64,000 nt of DNA from Rhina ancylostomus. Its lineage: Eukaryota. Numbering within the stretch: position 1 is the stretch's first letter; each line of letters opens with the position of its first letter. Below are positions 27,213-40,620 of this stretch, in pieces. Position numbers and translations under genes: made by a program. The stretch covers positions 11,775,633 to 11,839,632 of the forward strand of contig JARFYF010000064.1 in NCBI GenBank assembly GCA_030265395.1. Direction: 5' to 3'. Under the pieces are notes generated by a model. The model did no database searches. It was not told where the DNA came from and saw only the letters and a program-made list of their open reading frames with translations.

Positions 27213-27794
27213 AATCAGCCGATTTATCAGACCCTCCAAAGCACACCTAACTGAAGAATATTATGTCCAATTTACTAAATGCCTCACATGAAGCTCCAGC
27301 AATCACCTGACTCAATAACCACTCAACCCTGCAACCTGCTGTCATCTTCATCCGAAAGAACCATCTCCTCCAAACCAGATTCTGGTCATCTGGCTATTGA
27401 TTATAGCTCCATCACTCACCAAACTCTTCTCACCAACACCTGACTGGCAATCATAGGCTCTGTCACCAGCAGTCAATATGAGCCCCAAGCCCCTTTCCAA
27501 ATACATGACCTTCCGCTATGACTTGCCCTTTAATCCCCAGTTCCAGGTCTGGACTAACCTGCATTCCATCACATGTTCTGCATTAGTTCATGAACAAAAG
27601 TAATGTCTTTCATAGTATGAGGCCAATTTAGCACCCAACACCTTAGTCTTGGGCACTACTGAAGTTCACAGCAACAGGCCCATGATCGGCAAGCAGCACA
27701 GCAAAGGATTAACATACCTCAATGATTCTTTTGAAACTCTAAGCAATTGTCTTTTGCTTTCTTTTAATTTTTCAAATATCTCAACAGAAGAACG

Positions 27795-27937
27795 GAATAA
27801 AAACAGAAAATGCTCTAAGTACTCAGCAGCTGTAGAGAGAGAAAAAGTCCTGAATTGCTAAATGCTGCCCAAGCTGCTGAATATTTCCAGCACTTTCTTT
27901 ATTTCAGATTTCTAACATCTACAATATTTTGCTTTTT
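27795..27937. mobile_element. Penelope-derived hairpin mini-element, degraded
   Basis: aaacagaaaatgct...tactcagcagc on the left and tgctgcc...gctgctgaatatttccagcactttc...cagatttctaacatctaca on the right. Confidence 0.65.
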
Positions 27938-28264
27938 GATTGGTATGGAATGCTAAATGCTTTTACCTTGAGCATGAAGTGGAGGGTATCTACAGAGTAA
28001 AACAACCTCCATCCTGATTTAAGAATATACCTTAAACACATTTGATTTCAACAAGGATCCTTAAAAAAGTGCTACAGAAGATATTTTCAAACTGTGGTAC
28101 TACAGTGATCAAGCATCATAGAAGTTGACCCTACCACCTTTATTTATGGCTGCATCTTTCATATCATCAGAAATTTCATAGCAAACAAACTAAACAAAAA
28201 AATTAGTAGTAAACTAATACGCCCAAATTGTTCAAAACTAATTAAAATTATACTTGTATTGCTC

Positions 28265-28575
28265 CCACTTGTGAGAGAACCTTGAATGATGGGACATAGT
28301 TACAAGATTAGGAGCTATTGATCTAAAACAGGTGCATAGGAGCTTCTTCTCACAGACCATGGTGACTCTCTGGAATTCTCTGTCCTGGAGGGTTGTGGAG
28401 GTTAGATCATTAGGAGTATTTAAAGAGGAAATACATAAGCTTTGAAAGGTTAGGGAATTGAGGGTTATGGGACAGAAGAGGAGATGAGAACTTGGGTAGA
28501 TCAGCCATAATCAGCAAGGCCAGATTGAGAGGTAGAGTGGCCTACTCCTAATCCTATTTTCTTATGTTCTTATTT
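28265..28575 (+). mobile_element. CR1 3' end
   Basis: gggacatagttacaagattagg...ttcttctcacaga...ctctggaattctctg and tail cctactcctaatcctattttcttatgttctt. Confidence 0.85.
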
Positions 28576-28871
28576 TCAAGTTTATTTCACAATAACTAAA
28601 TTTGAGTGAAGAAACATTTCTAGAGAGATAAAACACAGAATAGAAGCAAATGACACTATTTTTCCCAAGAAGGTGGTGACCATCAACTGATTACAGTCAC
28701 AGTTTCTGAATTTTGAATCCCTTTTAAAATACTTTGCTAGGACACATTAAAGCACACTACTGTGCATTCTATCAGAATCCCATATTCTTATCCCATGTTA
28801 AAACAGTTTATGGAGAAGAGGGATAATTATATATAGTGAGGACTACCAGAATTGTTAAGACTACCAGTGAT

Positions 28872-29197
28872 TGTCATGGTTCCAAGTACTGGCCCTCAGT
28901 TTGGCTCCTTTAATGCCTTGTTGTACAGCACATGGATTCCATGCTGGACTNNNNNNNNNNNNNNNNNNNNNNNNNNNNNNNNNNNNNNNNNNNNNNNNNN
29001 NNNNNNNNNNNNNNNNNNNNNNNNNNNNNNNNNNNNNNNNNNNNNNNNNNTTTGTGTTGGGATTCCTCCTCAGATCTCTGAGGCAAGATTCCTTTCAGTT
29101 GCTGCCTGTGTTTGTCCTGAGGTAGTATCCTGACTCCAGTCTTGGTGTGCTACATTTGGGTTCTTTGCGAGCTTGCTCTTTGCTCAACATTGTGACA
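28872..29197. mobile_element. Solo-LTR-like element, inverted relative to the 7434 copy, with internal gap
   Basis: TGTCATG...TGTGACA termini and 5-bp TSD GTGAT (28867-28871 / 29198-29202). Confidence 0.88.
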
Positions 29198-29794
29198 GTG
29201 ATAGGAGTTGCTTGTAGCCAAAAATAATTGGTACTGTTGCTGCGCAACAAATACAACAAATCCCTCCAAACAATTATTCATTACACAAACCAACCAAATG
29301 AAAAGCTGTAAATGTTCTCTTATTTAACATTGGACTGTTTCATGTTTGGGTCCATTATAGTCTATCTCATGAGTGATTTTTGCCATGATTAACAAATCTA
29401 TAACCATTGTATCATACAATGTGCAGGATGGGACAAGACTAAGTCAATGGGCCTAGGTCTTCTATTGTCTAACAACTTGTTCCTATTATTTCACACTAAA
29501 AGGGTAAGGAAAATATTTAAACATAGTTTGGTCCACCATAGCCATCATGCTTCTCTGAAGTACATTGAAATGTATCAACAATATGAAATCTAGGTTTCCT
29601 TTTAGTTCTTTCTTTTACATAAAATAAATTCACAGCTTATTTTGCAATAGCTTGTTGCTTTCAACAATAAAACAAAAGCCTGAACCTGTTAGCAATTAAA
29701 CAAATGCCACATTTGCTTTTAAGGATGTCTTGTGTTAATTTCTGATGGGCAACTCTTATAAAGACAATTAATAGGGGGAAGAGTGGAAACTCCG

Positions 29795-29925
29795 TCCAGA
29801 TAAAGGGTCTCAATCTAAAACATCAACTTTCCATTTCTTTCCAAAGATGCTACCTGACCCATTGAGTTCGTCAGCATTTTGTCATTTTGTGTGTTGCTCC
29901 AGATTCCAGCAGCTATAGTGTCTTA
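29795..29925 (+). mobile_element. Penelope-derived mini-element
   Basis: ccagataaagggtctc...aaaacatcaac...agatgctacctgacccattgagttc...tgctccagattccagca. Confidence 0.7.
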
Positions 29926-31840
29926 TGTTTATACAGAAGCTTGGGTTCTTTGCAGGCCCACAATGAAAACTACTGTTAGCATGCCATGAAATTACCCTAA
30001 TGTATACCTTTTGGGGCATAAAATCTAATCTTCTAAGCCCTGTCATTGTGCAGTGCCATTTGAAAATCACCACAGAATTGATGACACTTCAGTTCATATA
30101 TTTAAGTGTCATTAACATTTGATCTTAATTCAACAAGTGAACACTGGCATGTGAAAAGTGATATAAAATATTTCTACTAATGGTTTAGAATGAGAGCTAA
30201 TGGAGATTCATTATCAAGGAACGGATTAACTTGTATGGCAGGGAAGACCAAGTTGTTACTTTATTTAAGAAAATAGATATCACAGAGAAGACAAGATAAT
30301 AAAATAGAAAGATAGTTCTGTAAAACAAAAGATCTTTGAACTTTATTAATTAAAGTAAGACGAAAGCAAAATTGAAACAATGATTATTGAGCTCTCTGTA
30401 AATGTCACCGAATCTGGTGATTATTTTCAGCATTTTCTTTATATTCAAAATAAGAATTCATCTATTTTCTGGTAGTGGGTACTTGGCCAGGAAGAGGACT
30501 TCCCTGTCAGTTTTCTGAAAAGGTATAATTAGATTTGTCTTAAAGCTCATAAAAAGTCAAAGAATAATGAACCTTATTATGTAATTTTCTGCTATTTCAA
30601 GTTAAGCACTTTTTAGTCTTTTCCCATTTTCACCAGCAAACTAATTTTACACTCAACATCAAAAAACACTTTTTTCATCTCAAGACAATTTTGGTGATTG
30701 AAATGTGCCATGCCTCATCTCAAACTTTGAGAACTTCAAGTTATCTGTCACTTATATTATTAGGATCCAACTGAAACAATGAAAATGAGAAACCATTCTG
30801 AAGAAGTAATTTCAATATTCTGCCAAGTCATAATAAGAGTTGATGATCAGCACAAGATATGGGATATCATTGGACTTTGCACAGCAGTATCACCCTTTGA
30901 TGTTGTGAACCAGATATTTATGGTAATTAGACCAGACAAACACAACCAATCTCAACATGACATAATTTCCTGAAGCTGGCAATATGAAGATTTAATGTGT
31001 CCTCTGATAAAATTATTAAAGTATGTGTAGAATTTAGAGCATATCCGAAATAGGTCAAAGGAAATCTTTGTACACCATATTGCTGGATACAGAGGCATTG
31101 GTTTATTCTCCATTGGAACTTTTAATATGAAGTGACAAAACAGTGCAAACAGAGATAAAGATATTTTCTATAATTAATATGGATTATTGACAGTAGAAAA
31201 AATATTGAAAAATGAATGTTCATATTAAAAAGAAAACCACTATCCTTGTAGATCCCAATTTTGTGATATTTCAAAAGTTGCAGGTTGTGACCAAAGAAAG
31301 AAGGCTTCACAAGTAAGATAAACTGCGTAGTCAGATGAGTTGTATTTTATCATGGATATTCACTTTACACCAGTTGGAGAACAAAGGCTGTTCACTATCA
31401 GTATTACAAATGCAATTTAGAACAGCAACTGGTCTTGCCAGCAATGTCAATTTCACATTAATTTAAAAACAAATAGGTATAAATTCACTTTCAAATGCTG
31501 CAAAGCTGTCAAATGAATCGTAATTCACTGAATCCAGGATGCTAACCTATAACTCCTGTGTCACTCCCATAATCCCCCATGATTTCCCACCTGCTGCCTC
31601 TGTGGTCCCCCGAGTACAAGGCACTAATCTCTAGCCCCTAAGGCCCCAATCCTCCACTCCTCCCAATCATCTGTCACTGTATCTGTATTCCTTAATCTAT
31701 CCTGACCAAACCATTCTTCCTGTACCTTCACTATATTCAGCCTATTTATCACTTTATATTCTGATCCCCAACCATCCATCAGAACCAGTAATCAGTCCAC
31801 CCTTGACCATCCATCAGATATGGTACTTCCCCACCATCGA

Positions 31841-32147
31841 GGGCGGCATGGTAATGCAGCAGTTAGCATAATGCTATTATAGCACCAGCAATCTGGATTC
31901 AATTCCACCACTGTCTGTAAGAGGTTTGTATGTTCTCTGTGTCTGTGTGGGTTTCCTCCGGGTGCTCTGTGGTTTCCTCCCACATTCCAAGGACATACAG
32001 GTTGGAGCTGTGGGCATGCTATGTTGACACCGGAAGAGTGGTGACACTTGCAGGTTGACACCAGCACATTCTCAGTAGCACAAAAAGATGCATTTCACTG
32101 TGTGTTTCGATGTATATGTTACTAATAAACAAATATTTCATCTTATC
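31841..32147 (+). mobile_element. tRNA-derived V-SINE with Rex1-like tail
   Basis: tRNA-like head (ggcggcatggtaatgcagcagttagc...ggattcaattcc), V-domain (tttgtatgttctc...gggtttcctccgggtgctc...ggtttcctcccacattcca) and tail atttcactgtgtgtttcgatgtatatgttactaataaa. Confidence 0.88.
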
Positions 32148-32751
32148 ATCCCAATCTATCTCCACAAATGCCTATGATCCTTCCAAAATTCCCTGATTTC
32201 CCTCTTCCCCTGAGCATCCATCACTCTGCATGTTTCTTGAGCCCACTACCTTAATGCATGGCCATTTATCTGCACCAGACTCCAACCATTCCCTTATCAT
32301 CCCAACAACACCATCAGTCCAATTAGGCTTGTGGCTACCAGCTGTCCTGATCCCTGCTTCAAAACAAGAATCTGGCAACAGAGATTCAATGTCAAACATA
32401 TACATTGCCTGGTCAGTTGTATCTGATGCTTTTACCTTCAAGCTCAACAGATGAGGGAAGGTCGGAATATTGGGGGGAAGAGGCCATGATCAAAATATTT
32501 ATTGCCATTCTGCTGTAATGCCCACTTAGCAACCTCTTTTAGGTGCACTGGAATTTTTAGACTAAGCTTCTTAATTTGCTTATGTATATTTACCAAGAGA
32601 CTTTTTTTTGGTATCACCAATTTCATGGATTAAAATTCAATGGATAAAAATAAAATCCTCATTCTCTCTAAAAGTATAAGAATTTACAGAAANNNNNCTT
32701 TTTTCATCAGCTCCACAAGCTTGACTCCTGAACAAATATCACCTTTAACTT

Positions 32752-33175
32752 AGTAGGCAAAAATGTCACTCCTGAGTTAGAAGATTGTGCATTCAAGTCC
32801 CACATTATCTGGGCTAATTCTTGAGTGCAATGCTTAGAGAGTGCAGTTCCACTGGTGGTGCCATTTTCCAGACACTATATTAAATCAAACACCCACATCT
32901 TTGCAGTTTGACAAAGAAGAGCTAATTATATTCAAAGAAGAGCAGGGCTTCCTCTCGATATGGCCCTGGCCAACATTGATCCATCTGCCACCTCCAAAAC
33001 AGATTAGCTGATCATTATCTCATTAGTATTTGTCAAGATTAATCTTGAGTTAAATTGTCTACCTTATTTGTACATTATAATAATAATTGCACTTCAAAAA
33101 TACTTCACTTAATGTAAAGTGGTTTGTGGCTCTCTAGATCATTATATACTATAACTGCAGGTTTCTGTTTTTTCT
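32752..33175 (+). mobile_element. DeuSINE (SacSINE1/AmnSINE-type), old copy
   Basis: Head ctgagttagaagattgtgcattcaagtcccac, Deu-domain motifs (aagaagagcaggg...cctggccaacatt...aaaacagattagctgatcattatctcatt) and L2-like tail cacttcaaaaatacttca...tgtaaagtggtttg. Confidence 0.8.
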
Positions 33176-35444
33176 TCTTGATGTCAACAAATTGATCAAG
33201 GGTAAAGGTTTGTTTTCAGTCTTTTTCCAGGATATTACTGCCAGCTTACTTCTAGTTGTAAAAACTATCCGCAGATATGGTGACTAACCTTCTCCACACT
33301 TTCTTCAAGATCATTTCATCTTCTTGCTCTATAAATCTTGGCTTCTTGAATGTTTTCAATATTTCCATTATTGTATATTATTTGTGTGATATTAAGTGGC
33401 CTAATTTCCTTGCATTGAATGAATGAAATAAGATAATTGGATCATTGAAAAACATTTTTTGACATAATCTCTCGATTTACAATTGCTAATGAATTATAAA
33501 ATGAAACAGTGATCAAACGGATGGTTGATCAGCAAGCAGTAATGCACAGAAAGTCATTAAAATATTCGTAACCAGTGTATCTTTGAAAAAAATCAGGGAA
33601 TGAAAGCAGTGAATTTGAGCAAAGTATAATTCACATGTTCAGCAATAAAAGACTAAAATTACAGGATTTTTTTGGTATAATTGGCTCACACCAATTCACT
33701 TACAGTATACATATAGACCTACTTCATTTTAAATATGACCACTTCCTAGTGAAATACTCATGGTTTTCCAATGGAAGAAGTTTAAAAAAAAACAAGCACA
33801 AACATACTTTTTGACTCCTATTGTTCCTCTCATTTAAAATCTCTTGAATGCCATATAATATTTTACATTTATTTTTATACAGTACATCTTTTAATTAAAA
33901 AGCATAGACTGCAAATTCCTAAAATATATATTCTTCAGCCCTACATTTTTAAACCTCAGCTCATAATTTTCAGCACATATTCTTAAATACACAAGCAGAG
34001 AGTGTAACAATTTAACCTAGAAAATTCCTCTGGAGTAGTATTACAGTGACAAAAGTTGTTTTTCTTATGTGATTTTCAAAGTTTTTTTATCAGTATATAC
34101 GTTTTTGACCTTTTATAGTGTTCTTCTAGTTGATGGAATGCTCAAGAAAACTTTTTCCAGATCTTTCCCATTATTCCATGCCAACAGAAAAAAAATATTT
34201 AAATTTTCATTTAATTTATCTCTGCTGCAAAAATTCTCAAAATAAGGACTCCATAAGTACTGGAAATAGTTTTAAATATTACATACAAATTTAAGTCATG
34301 TTAATTTTGACATTTTACTTTTTTAGCTATTCAAATCTCCCACAAAAAGTGAGGAGAGACTATTTTTAATGTTTGCATCAGAGATATTTTCCTACCGCAG
34401 CCACTGTGGTTCACAATTTGATAGCTTCACTTAATCATCAAAGATGTTTCAGTGAGCTTTACTGTTTCCTCTGAATAAACTATGCATCACTGTCTTATTT
34501 TAATACAGCATTCTAAAGTGAGGGCAAATTGAGGACACAGCATAGCTCATATCCGGGCACAGCTTTTGCCAGAAAATGGTGGTATGCTGAGATATATATC
34601 AATATTGAATTTAAAACCAATTCAACTGACTGCAAGAAAATTTCAAACCTTGTAGATAGTACTACCTAATGGACATTTTATATTCCTTATGCTATAAATC
34701 CAATGAAAATCAATTCTAAAGTAACCATATCTAATTCAGGATCAATGTCTTCACACTAAACTACAAAAATATTCTTTGAGCCAAGAAGATGAATATATAT
34801 GCAATTTGTTTCTTATACTACAAAAAAAATCACCCGTAGATGACTTACAAATGAAATCGTGTTTTCACCATCTTACTGTGTTTAAGGGTCCTGCATCCCA
34901 GTTAACTTTAATATACTTGTTCATATTAACAATTGTTTTATCATAAAAGTTAGTTTTTAAATAAAATTTCTGTCATTATTTTCCAGACAATCTAATCTTT
35001 CACTGTAGTTCACAAATAATCTTATTTTTCCTCTTTTAAATCTCTTTATTCCTCTCTTAAATCCCTTTATGTTTTGTTGCATGTGTGGCATGGCTTTCTC
35101 CTATCCCTGTGCCATTGTATGTTTTCAGCCTTCTGATAGAAAAATTGCAAGATGATCCAGATTGATTAACCAACTTACATTCATTTCCTTGCAGTGGAAA
35201 AATATCCAGCCGTCATTTGCCATCCTTAACAGATCAGGTGTTTTCTTTATTGGGAGCATATTATCTCTGTAGAATCCAATCAAACTGTGCCTCTTTACTG
35301 CCTGACAAAACCTTATTAACTATTTAAAGTGAGTTTATTTCTTAACCCAGTAAATAACTACATTCAATAAATGGGGGCAACTGGTAGAACAAAAAGAAAA
35401 TATATTACTTACAAAGAAAATACACAATTCTGACTTGATAATTG

Positions 35445-35750
35445 TGTCCAAGATTCTGACAGGTTTTGATAAAGTGGAAAAGAAATCTCTTTCCTTTATC
35501 TGATGGCACTAGGGAACAAAAAAATACAGCAGAATGCGAAGGAAAATATTTTGTACACCTGGAATTTACTGCCTTCAAGATTGGTAGAAAGGGAGATGAT
35601 CAGTGATTTTAAAAGGAAATTGTAGATATAAACTTGCAGGGCAGTGCCGATAGAGCAGGGGAATGGTACTGACTAAACTTCTCTACAGAATGTGAAAAAG
35701 GGCTCAAAAGGCAGAATAACCTCCTTCTTTACCGCAATGACTCTATAACT
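35445..35750 (+). mobile_element. Degraded CR1 3' end
   Basis: ggttttgataaagtgga...ctggaatttactgcct...ttttaaaaggaaattg and tail ctccttct...atgactctataact. Confidence 0.7.
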
Positions 35751-36924
35751 TTGCCACAATTAAAAACCTCAGCAATGGAAATTTCCTTCAGTTATTTCAT
35801 CCAAGTAGTGCCTGAAGCCTTTTACTTAAATATTACCAGTGAATCACTTCTACCCGTTGTTATTTGTAATAAATACACAAGCATTTTTATGGACACATTG
35901 ATTACTGTTTGAAATAAGGTTTAGGTTTTATGGACTATGGTTTATGTTACATACATAATTACAACTGCAAGTGACCTCTGGTACATCCAGTTGAAATTGT
36001 GTAGTCTGATGGGTGATGATTCTTGTTAGGATCACATTTCAGCTTAAGATCAAGTTTCAGCTAGTGCTTTGAACATGATCTTAGAAAGGTTTTGCTGTAA
36101 TACAGTAACATAGATTTTTGCATGATGTTGATGTATACATACCTGACACTAACACATTCCATCCTCAGTAACTGTTTGCGATATGGGGGAAGGTTGGTTA
36201 TTTACACAGCAATCACAAAGATGGTTCACAATTATATCAATCAACATAAACAGTGGCATTGCTACGCAAAGGATTAATAACAAGTTGGGACTCTTGGGAT
36301 CTTCAGTCAGTCATAAACTGTCAATAAGTTTAAAGTGATTCAGTTATTTAAATTCCAAGAGCATATTAAAGATGTAAGAACATTCCCAGTCATGATTTAT
36401 TTTTTCAAAACATGGACCTAACTATTTAGAGTTTTAAGTTAGAGTGACTTCTTTGTACTTGACTTCTTGTTGAAAGCAGGCCATAAAGTTCTAATTAATC
36501 TACCACACCACTACAGCAAGCAAAAATACAGAAGGTGAAATGGCATCACTGGTGATTGCCTAAAGCAGAAGCTAAGCATCTTGAACAGGCTAATAAGGAG
36601 TTATATTTGCATCTGTTCCAGAAAGATATTTATCCTGAAGTGAAGCAGGTAGGTATCAGGTTACCTTGTTACAGCCTAAATAGCTTGTACCCCAAACATC
36701 CACTTTTTCATCCCACTCATACTCTGCTCTTGATTATTTACTCTGTTCCTCAAATGTCATTATTCTTATTTCTATTTATTCTGGACTCAAGATTTTTTTT
36801 ATATTTTACTAGTCCTTTTTGTTTTATGCTATCAACCTTTTTTATTTCATCATTCCTGTCTTTGAAAGATGGTCCCTTTTACTCTTTCCTCCCTTGCCAA
36901 TCCTATCACCACCCAATCCACATT

Positions 36925-37025
36925 TATCTGTATATTCTGATGAATTGACCAAGATATTAATTCCATTTCTCTCTCTCTAGGTATTTACTGAGCTGATGAG
37001 TACTTCCAGTAATTTCTGCTTTTGT
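36925..37025 (+). mobile_element. Penelope-derived pseudo-LTR fragment, degraded
   Basis: ttctgatgaa...attaattccatttctctctc...gctgatgagtacttccagtaatttctgctttt. Confidence 0.5.
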
Positions 37026-37504
37026 TGTTCTTCTTAGAAGTTGCTGCAGCACACCACAAGCAGGCAAACTTGTTAGTTTAAAAGAAATGTTTGAAGCATT
37101 GAGCCAGTATTAACTGTATTGACAATTTTATTCGATAAGTAATAAATAAATGAAAATTTTATTACTTAAAAGCCACATGAATTGTATGTGTAACTAACAT
37201 CCATTGAAGCTAGCTAGAACTGATAAAAGCCATGCCTCCAATTGCTGCTGGAAGCCATTTTCAAAGGTTGGAAAGATTAATGGAAGCCATGGCAGAGCAG
37301 GATAGTGAGCAGACACCCTGATTTTCTCATGCAGTGGAGATGATGAGATCCATTGCCAAGGGCCAAGGTGCTAACCTAGTCCATAGTGAAATAGCAATGG
37401 GAGGAGGTATTGATGAGGTTGGAAGCAAATTGGAACCCTGAGAAGAAAAAAAAGCATATTATACATCCCAGTTTCATGGTCATGGTATTTTGTAGTAATC
37501 AGTA

Positions 37505-38305
37505 ATCCGAGTGAAAACCTGGCAAATGTTCAGCAGGGAGAAGTGCGAGATTATGCAATTCAGTAAGTGGAATCAAAACATATTAGTATCTAAATGGAGA
37601 GAGACTGTAAATGAGTGAAATTCAGTGAGTTCTTGGTGTTTCTATGCATAAACCACAAAAGGTTAGCAGGCAGGTCTGACAAGTAGGTGAGAAGTTAAAT
37701 GGCATTTAAGCTTTTATTGCAAAAGGATTAGGGTTTAAAAATAAGGATACAGTTGTACAGGGTATTGGTGAGGCCACACTTGAAATACTGTGCACAGTTT
37801 TGGACCCTTACCTAAAAATTGAATATAATATCATTGAAGGTAGTCCAAAGGAGATTCACCAGGCTAATTCCTGGGATGAAAGTGTTGTGTTATCATGAGA
37901 GGCTAGACAGTCTGTATCTGTGTTTTTTGGAATTTAGAAGAGTGAGGGATGATCTTACTCAAATATATAAGATCCAAAGGGGCTTGACAGGGTAGACATT
38001 GAGATGTTTTCACTAGTGAGACAGTCATGAACAAGGAGACATTGTTACAAGATAAGGAGCATAGAAATTTCTTCTCTCAGAGGGTAATGAATCTCTGGAA
38101 TCCTCTGCCACAGAAGGTGGTGGAGGCCAAATCATTAGAAATATTTAAAGTAGAGATAGATAAATATTTGAAAAATTGAATTGAAACCTAAGGGGAACTT
38201 GGACAGAAGAGGATTTGAGACCAGCATAGATTAGCCATGGTCATATTGAATAGCAAGGCAGGTTTGAGAGGTCTGATGGCCTACTCCTGTTCCTAATTTC
38301 TTGTG
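37505..38305 (+). mobile_element. CR1 LINE 3' ~800 bp
   Basis: TWQM...KCEIM, LYRVLVRPHLKYCAQFW, QRRFTRLIPGMK and NFFSQRVMNLWNPLP. The tail is ggcctactcctgttcctaatttcttg. Confidence 0.92.
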
Positions 38306-38558
38306 TTTTCAGTGATTCATGAACTTCATACAGAGAGTAACATACTTAGAAATTCATTTGCTAAACTATCAGTGCATGAGAATATCATTATATCATACAC
38401 CTGTATTGAATCAGCTCAATGCCCTCAGATCGATGCCAATAAAGGAGGGAGCACAGGTCCCAACAGTTATAGGCTACAACACTTAAAGGTTCATTATGAT
38501 AGAAAACAACATCATCTAGGAATATAATTACTGGAATAAGAATGTGTGTGCTGCACAA

Positions 38559-38600
38559 GAGTGAGTGAGTGAGTGAGTGAGTGAGTGAGTGAGTGAGTGA
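38559..38600 (+). repeat. (GAGT)n microsatellite, about 10 units
   Basis: Directly visible perfect tetranucleotide run. Confidence 0.97.
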
Positions 38601-38629
38601 AAGACCCTAGATGTTGAAGTTCATGTCTG

Positions 38630-39200
38630 AGGAAAAGCGCTATGTGTCAGTGAGAACAGAAAATCTTCAATGTTAATAATGAGGTGAGTCTGGCAGGAAT
38701 GGCAACTGAGTTGTTCTCCATTAGCAACATACCAGAAATATGGTGCAATGTTGCAATTATCATGTCATTGTAAGTTATGCCATTGTCAGTCTACAGAAAA
38801 TGTCTCCTTTGTATCTTTCAGGCTAAATTTGTGAAGAACTGTGTCCTGGCAAACCAGGCAAGAGGTGAACTCAGAGCCTTATCTTATTAAAGACCAGGGT
38901 CCTCTTCTTGGACACTGGGGCATTTCAAACCAGTATTAAGGGAACATTGGAGGAAGCCATTAAACTACATGGTAAGTACATATCTGTCCCCTTATCATTC
39001 CTCCACCTCATATTGAAAAGGCTGTTTATCGATATCTGCACTAGCCACAGATTAGCCATGCTCTAAAATAGCTGTGCATTGTAGACTATCCATAGAAACA
39101 TCCACAATCCCAACCTCAAGATCAGTCTTGAGGAGGTAGGAGAAGGAAGAGAAATAGGAGCAGAAGCATGTGATGGTGATGAAGAAGTGGAGGAAAGGCA
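38630..39200 (+). mobile_element. Putative PIF/Harbinger (HARBI1-like) transposase relic
   Basis: Decayed motifs in the expected order: YVSVRT (~HVAIRA), GRNG..FSI (~NRKG.HSIN) and YLIKDQGPLLGHW (~WLLGDKGYPL..W), then an acidic Glu-rich tail. There are many stops and frameshifts. Confidence 0.4.
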
Positions 39201-39317
39201 CACTACACATTGGCCCTGACACTGTTAAACACAAGCTCAGACACTTACATTGCAAGCACAGAAGACAATACTTTGCATTGCAAAGGAAGTGACATCATAG
39301 GGAAAATGACAACTTGT

Positions 39318-39538
39318 TTTGCTAGAGAAACAAAGGACTGCAGATGCTGGAGTCTAGATGAAAAACACTACGATGCTGGAGAAACTCAGCAGGCCAGGCA
39401 GTATCTGTGGAGAAAAGCAGGTGGTCAATGTTTCAGGTCCAGAAGAAGGGTCCTGACCCAAAATGTTGACTGCCTGCTTTTTTCCACAGATGCTGCCTGG
39501 CCTGCTGAATTCCTCTAGCATCATAGTGTTTTTTAATC
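39318..39538. mobile_element. Penelope-derived hairpin mini-element with 12-bp TSD
   Basis: About 80-bp inverted arms flank cagaagaagggtcctgacccaaaatgtt. The TSD is ATGACAACTTGT (39306-39317 / 39539-39550). Confidence 0.85.
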
Positions 39539-40059
39539 ATGACAACTTGTATCATGGCTCATCAGAGAGGAGCTCCACATATCAATACTACACAGAGAGC
39601 TCAGATGAGAATTATGACTGGGGTGGCAGGAAAGTATCTTTTCTTATTCTGAAAGTGATGTGTACATTTGTGCCAGGATCCAGTGATCCATTACACTATG
39701 GTTGATGGGTGAAATTTCAATTTCAGCGAAGGCCCTTTAAACTTCTTTGTGACATTGTGTGTTCTCAGTTTGATTCCATTAGAGCTATAATAACTGACCT
39801 GGGAGCAAGCTAATGTCTAAAAGGAATAGGTGGGATGCCACCCATTGACCGTCAATCATATCCAGGAACATTGTTATACTACCCAGGGACAAATGCATCT
39901 GAATTAGGACCAGACTGCTCTTCTGCCTGTTTAAGGAGCTGACTCCAGAGGGATAACTGAATTCCCCAAGAATCAGACAGCTGGTCACTTTGGCACTTGG
40001 TCATTTTTCAGCTTTGGCAGTGGTTTGATGGCTTTGATGACAGATGTGAGAATTATAGA

Positions 40060-40620
40060 CTCTTAGGATTGATTTTACACCTACCACCCTTACAGGTCAA
40101 TAAAAACGCTCGATTTAAAAATATTTTCCTCACATTTCTATTTGTATCTTTTGCATAAATATTAAATCTGTATCCCTCTGGACCTTGAATTATCCACTCA
40201 CAGGAACTAATCCCCTCTATCTAAATCAGTCATGATTTTGTATATCTCCATCAAATCTGCTCTCAATATTCCAACCAGTTAGCTGAAATCCATCACTCCT
40301 AAAATAATTCTAGTAAATATTTTCCTCACTCTCTCCAGTTCCTTCACATCCCTCTGAAAAGGAATACCCTGAGTAGTGTGATAACTTGCTTCTTGCTTTT
40401 TAACTCTAAACAAATATACTTGACCCCTCAAGGGCATGCTTTCTCTCCAGCTATATGGCTTTCTTAAACAAAGCAGCCATCTTATCTCCTTTCTCTCTTC
40501 TGTCTTCTCTGAACACTTTACATACTGAAAAATATTAAGTGCCCAATCCTGTCCTTTTGTTTTAGGCATATTTCAATTATCATCACTGCACCATAATCCC
40601 GTATGGTTTTTTGTACTTGA
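40060..40620 (-). mobile_element. Degraded CR1 fragments (3' region joined to an endonuclease-region piece)
   Basis: ORF 40279-40569(-) contains KGQDWALNI (endonuclease region) and RDVKELERVRKIFTRII. gattttgtatatctccatcaaatc is the reverse complement of a DLMEIYKI-coding stretch. Confidence 0.75.

Noticed and set aside
31841-31915. tRNA gene
   Set aside because: The A/B-box-like sequence is the head of a V-SINE and does not form a full cloverleaf.
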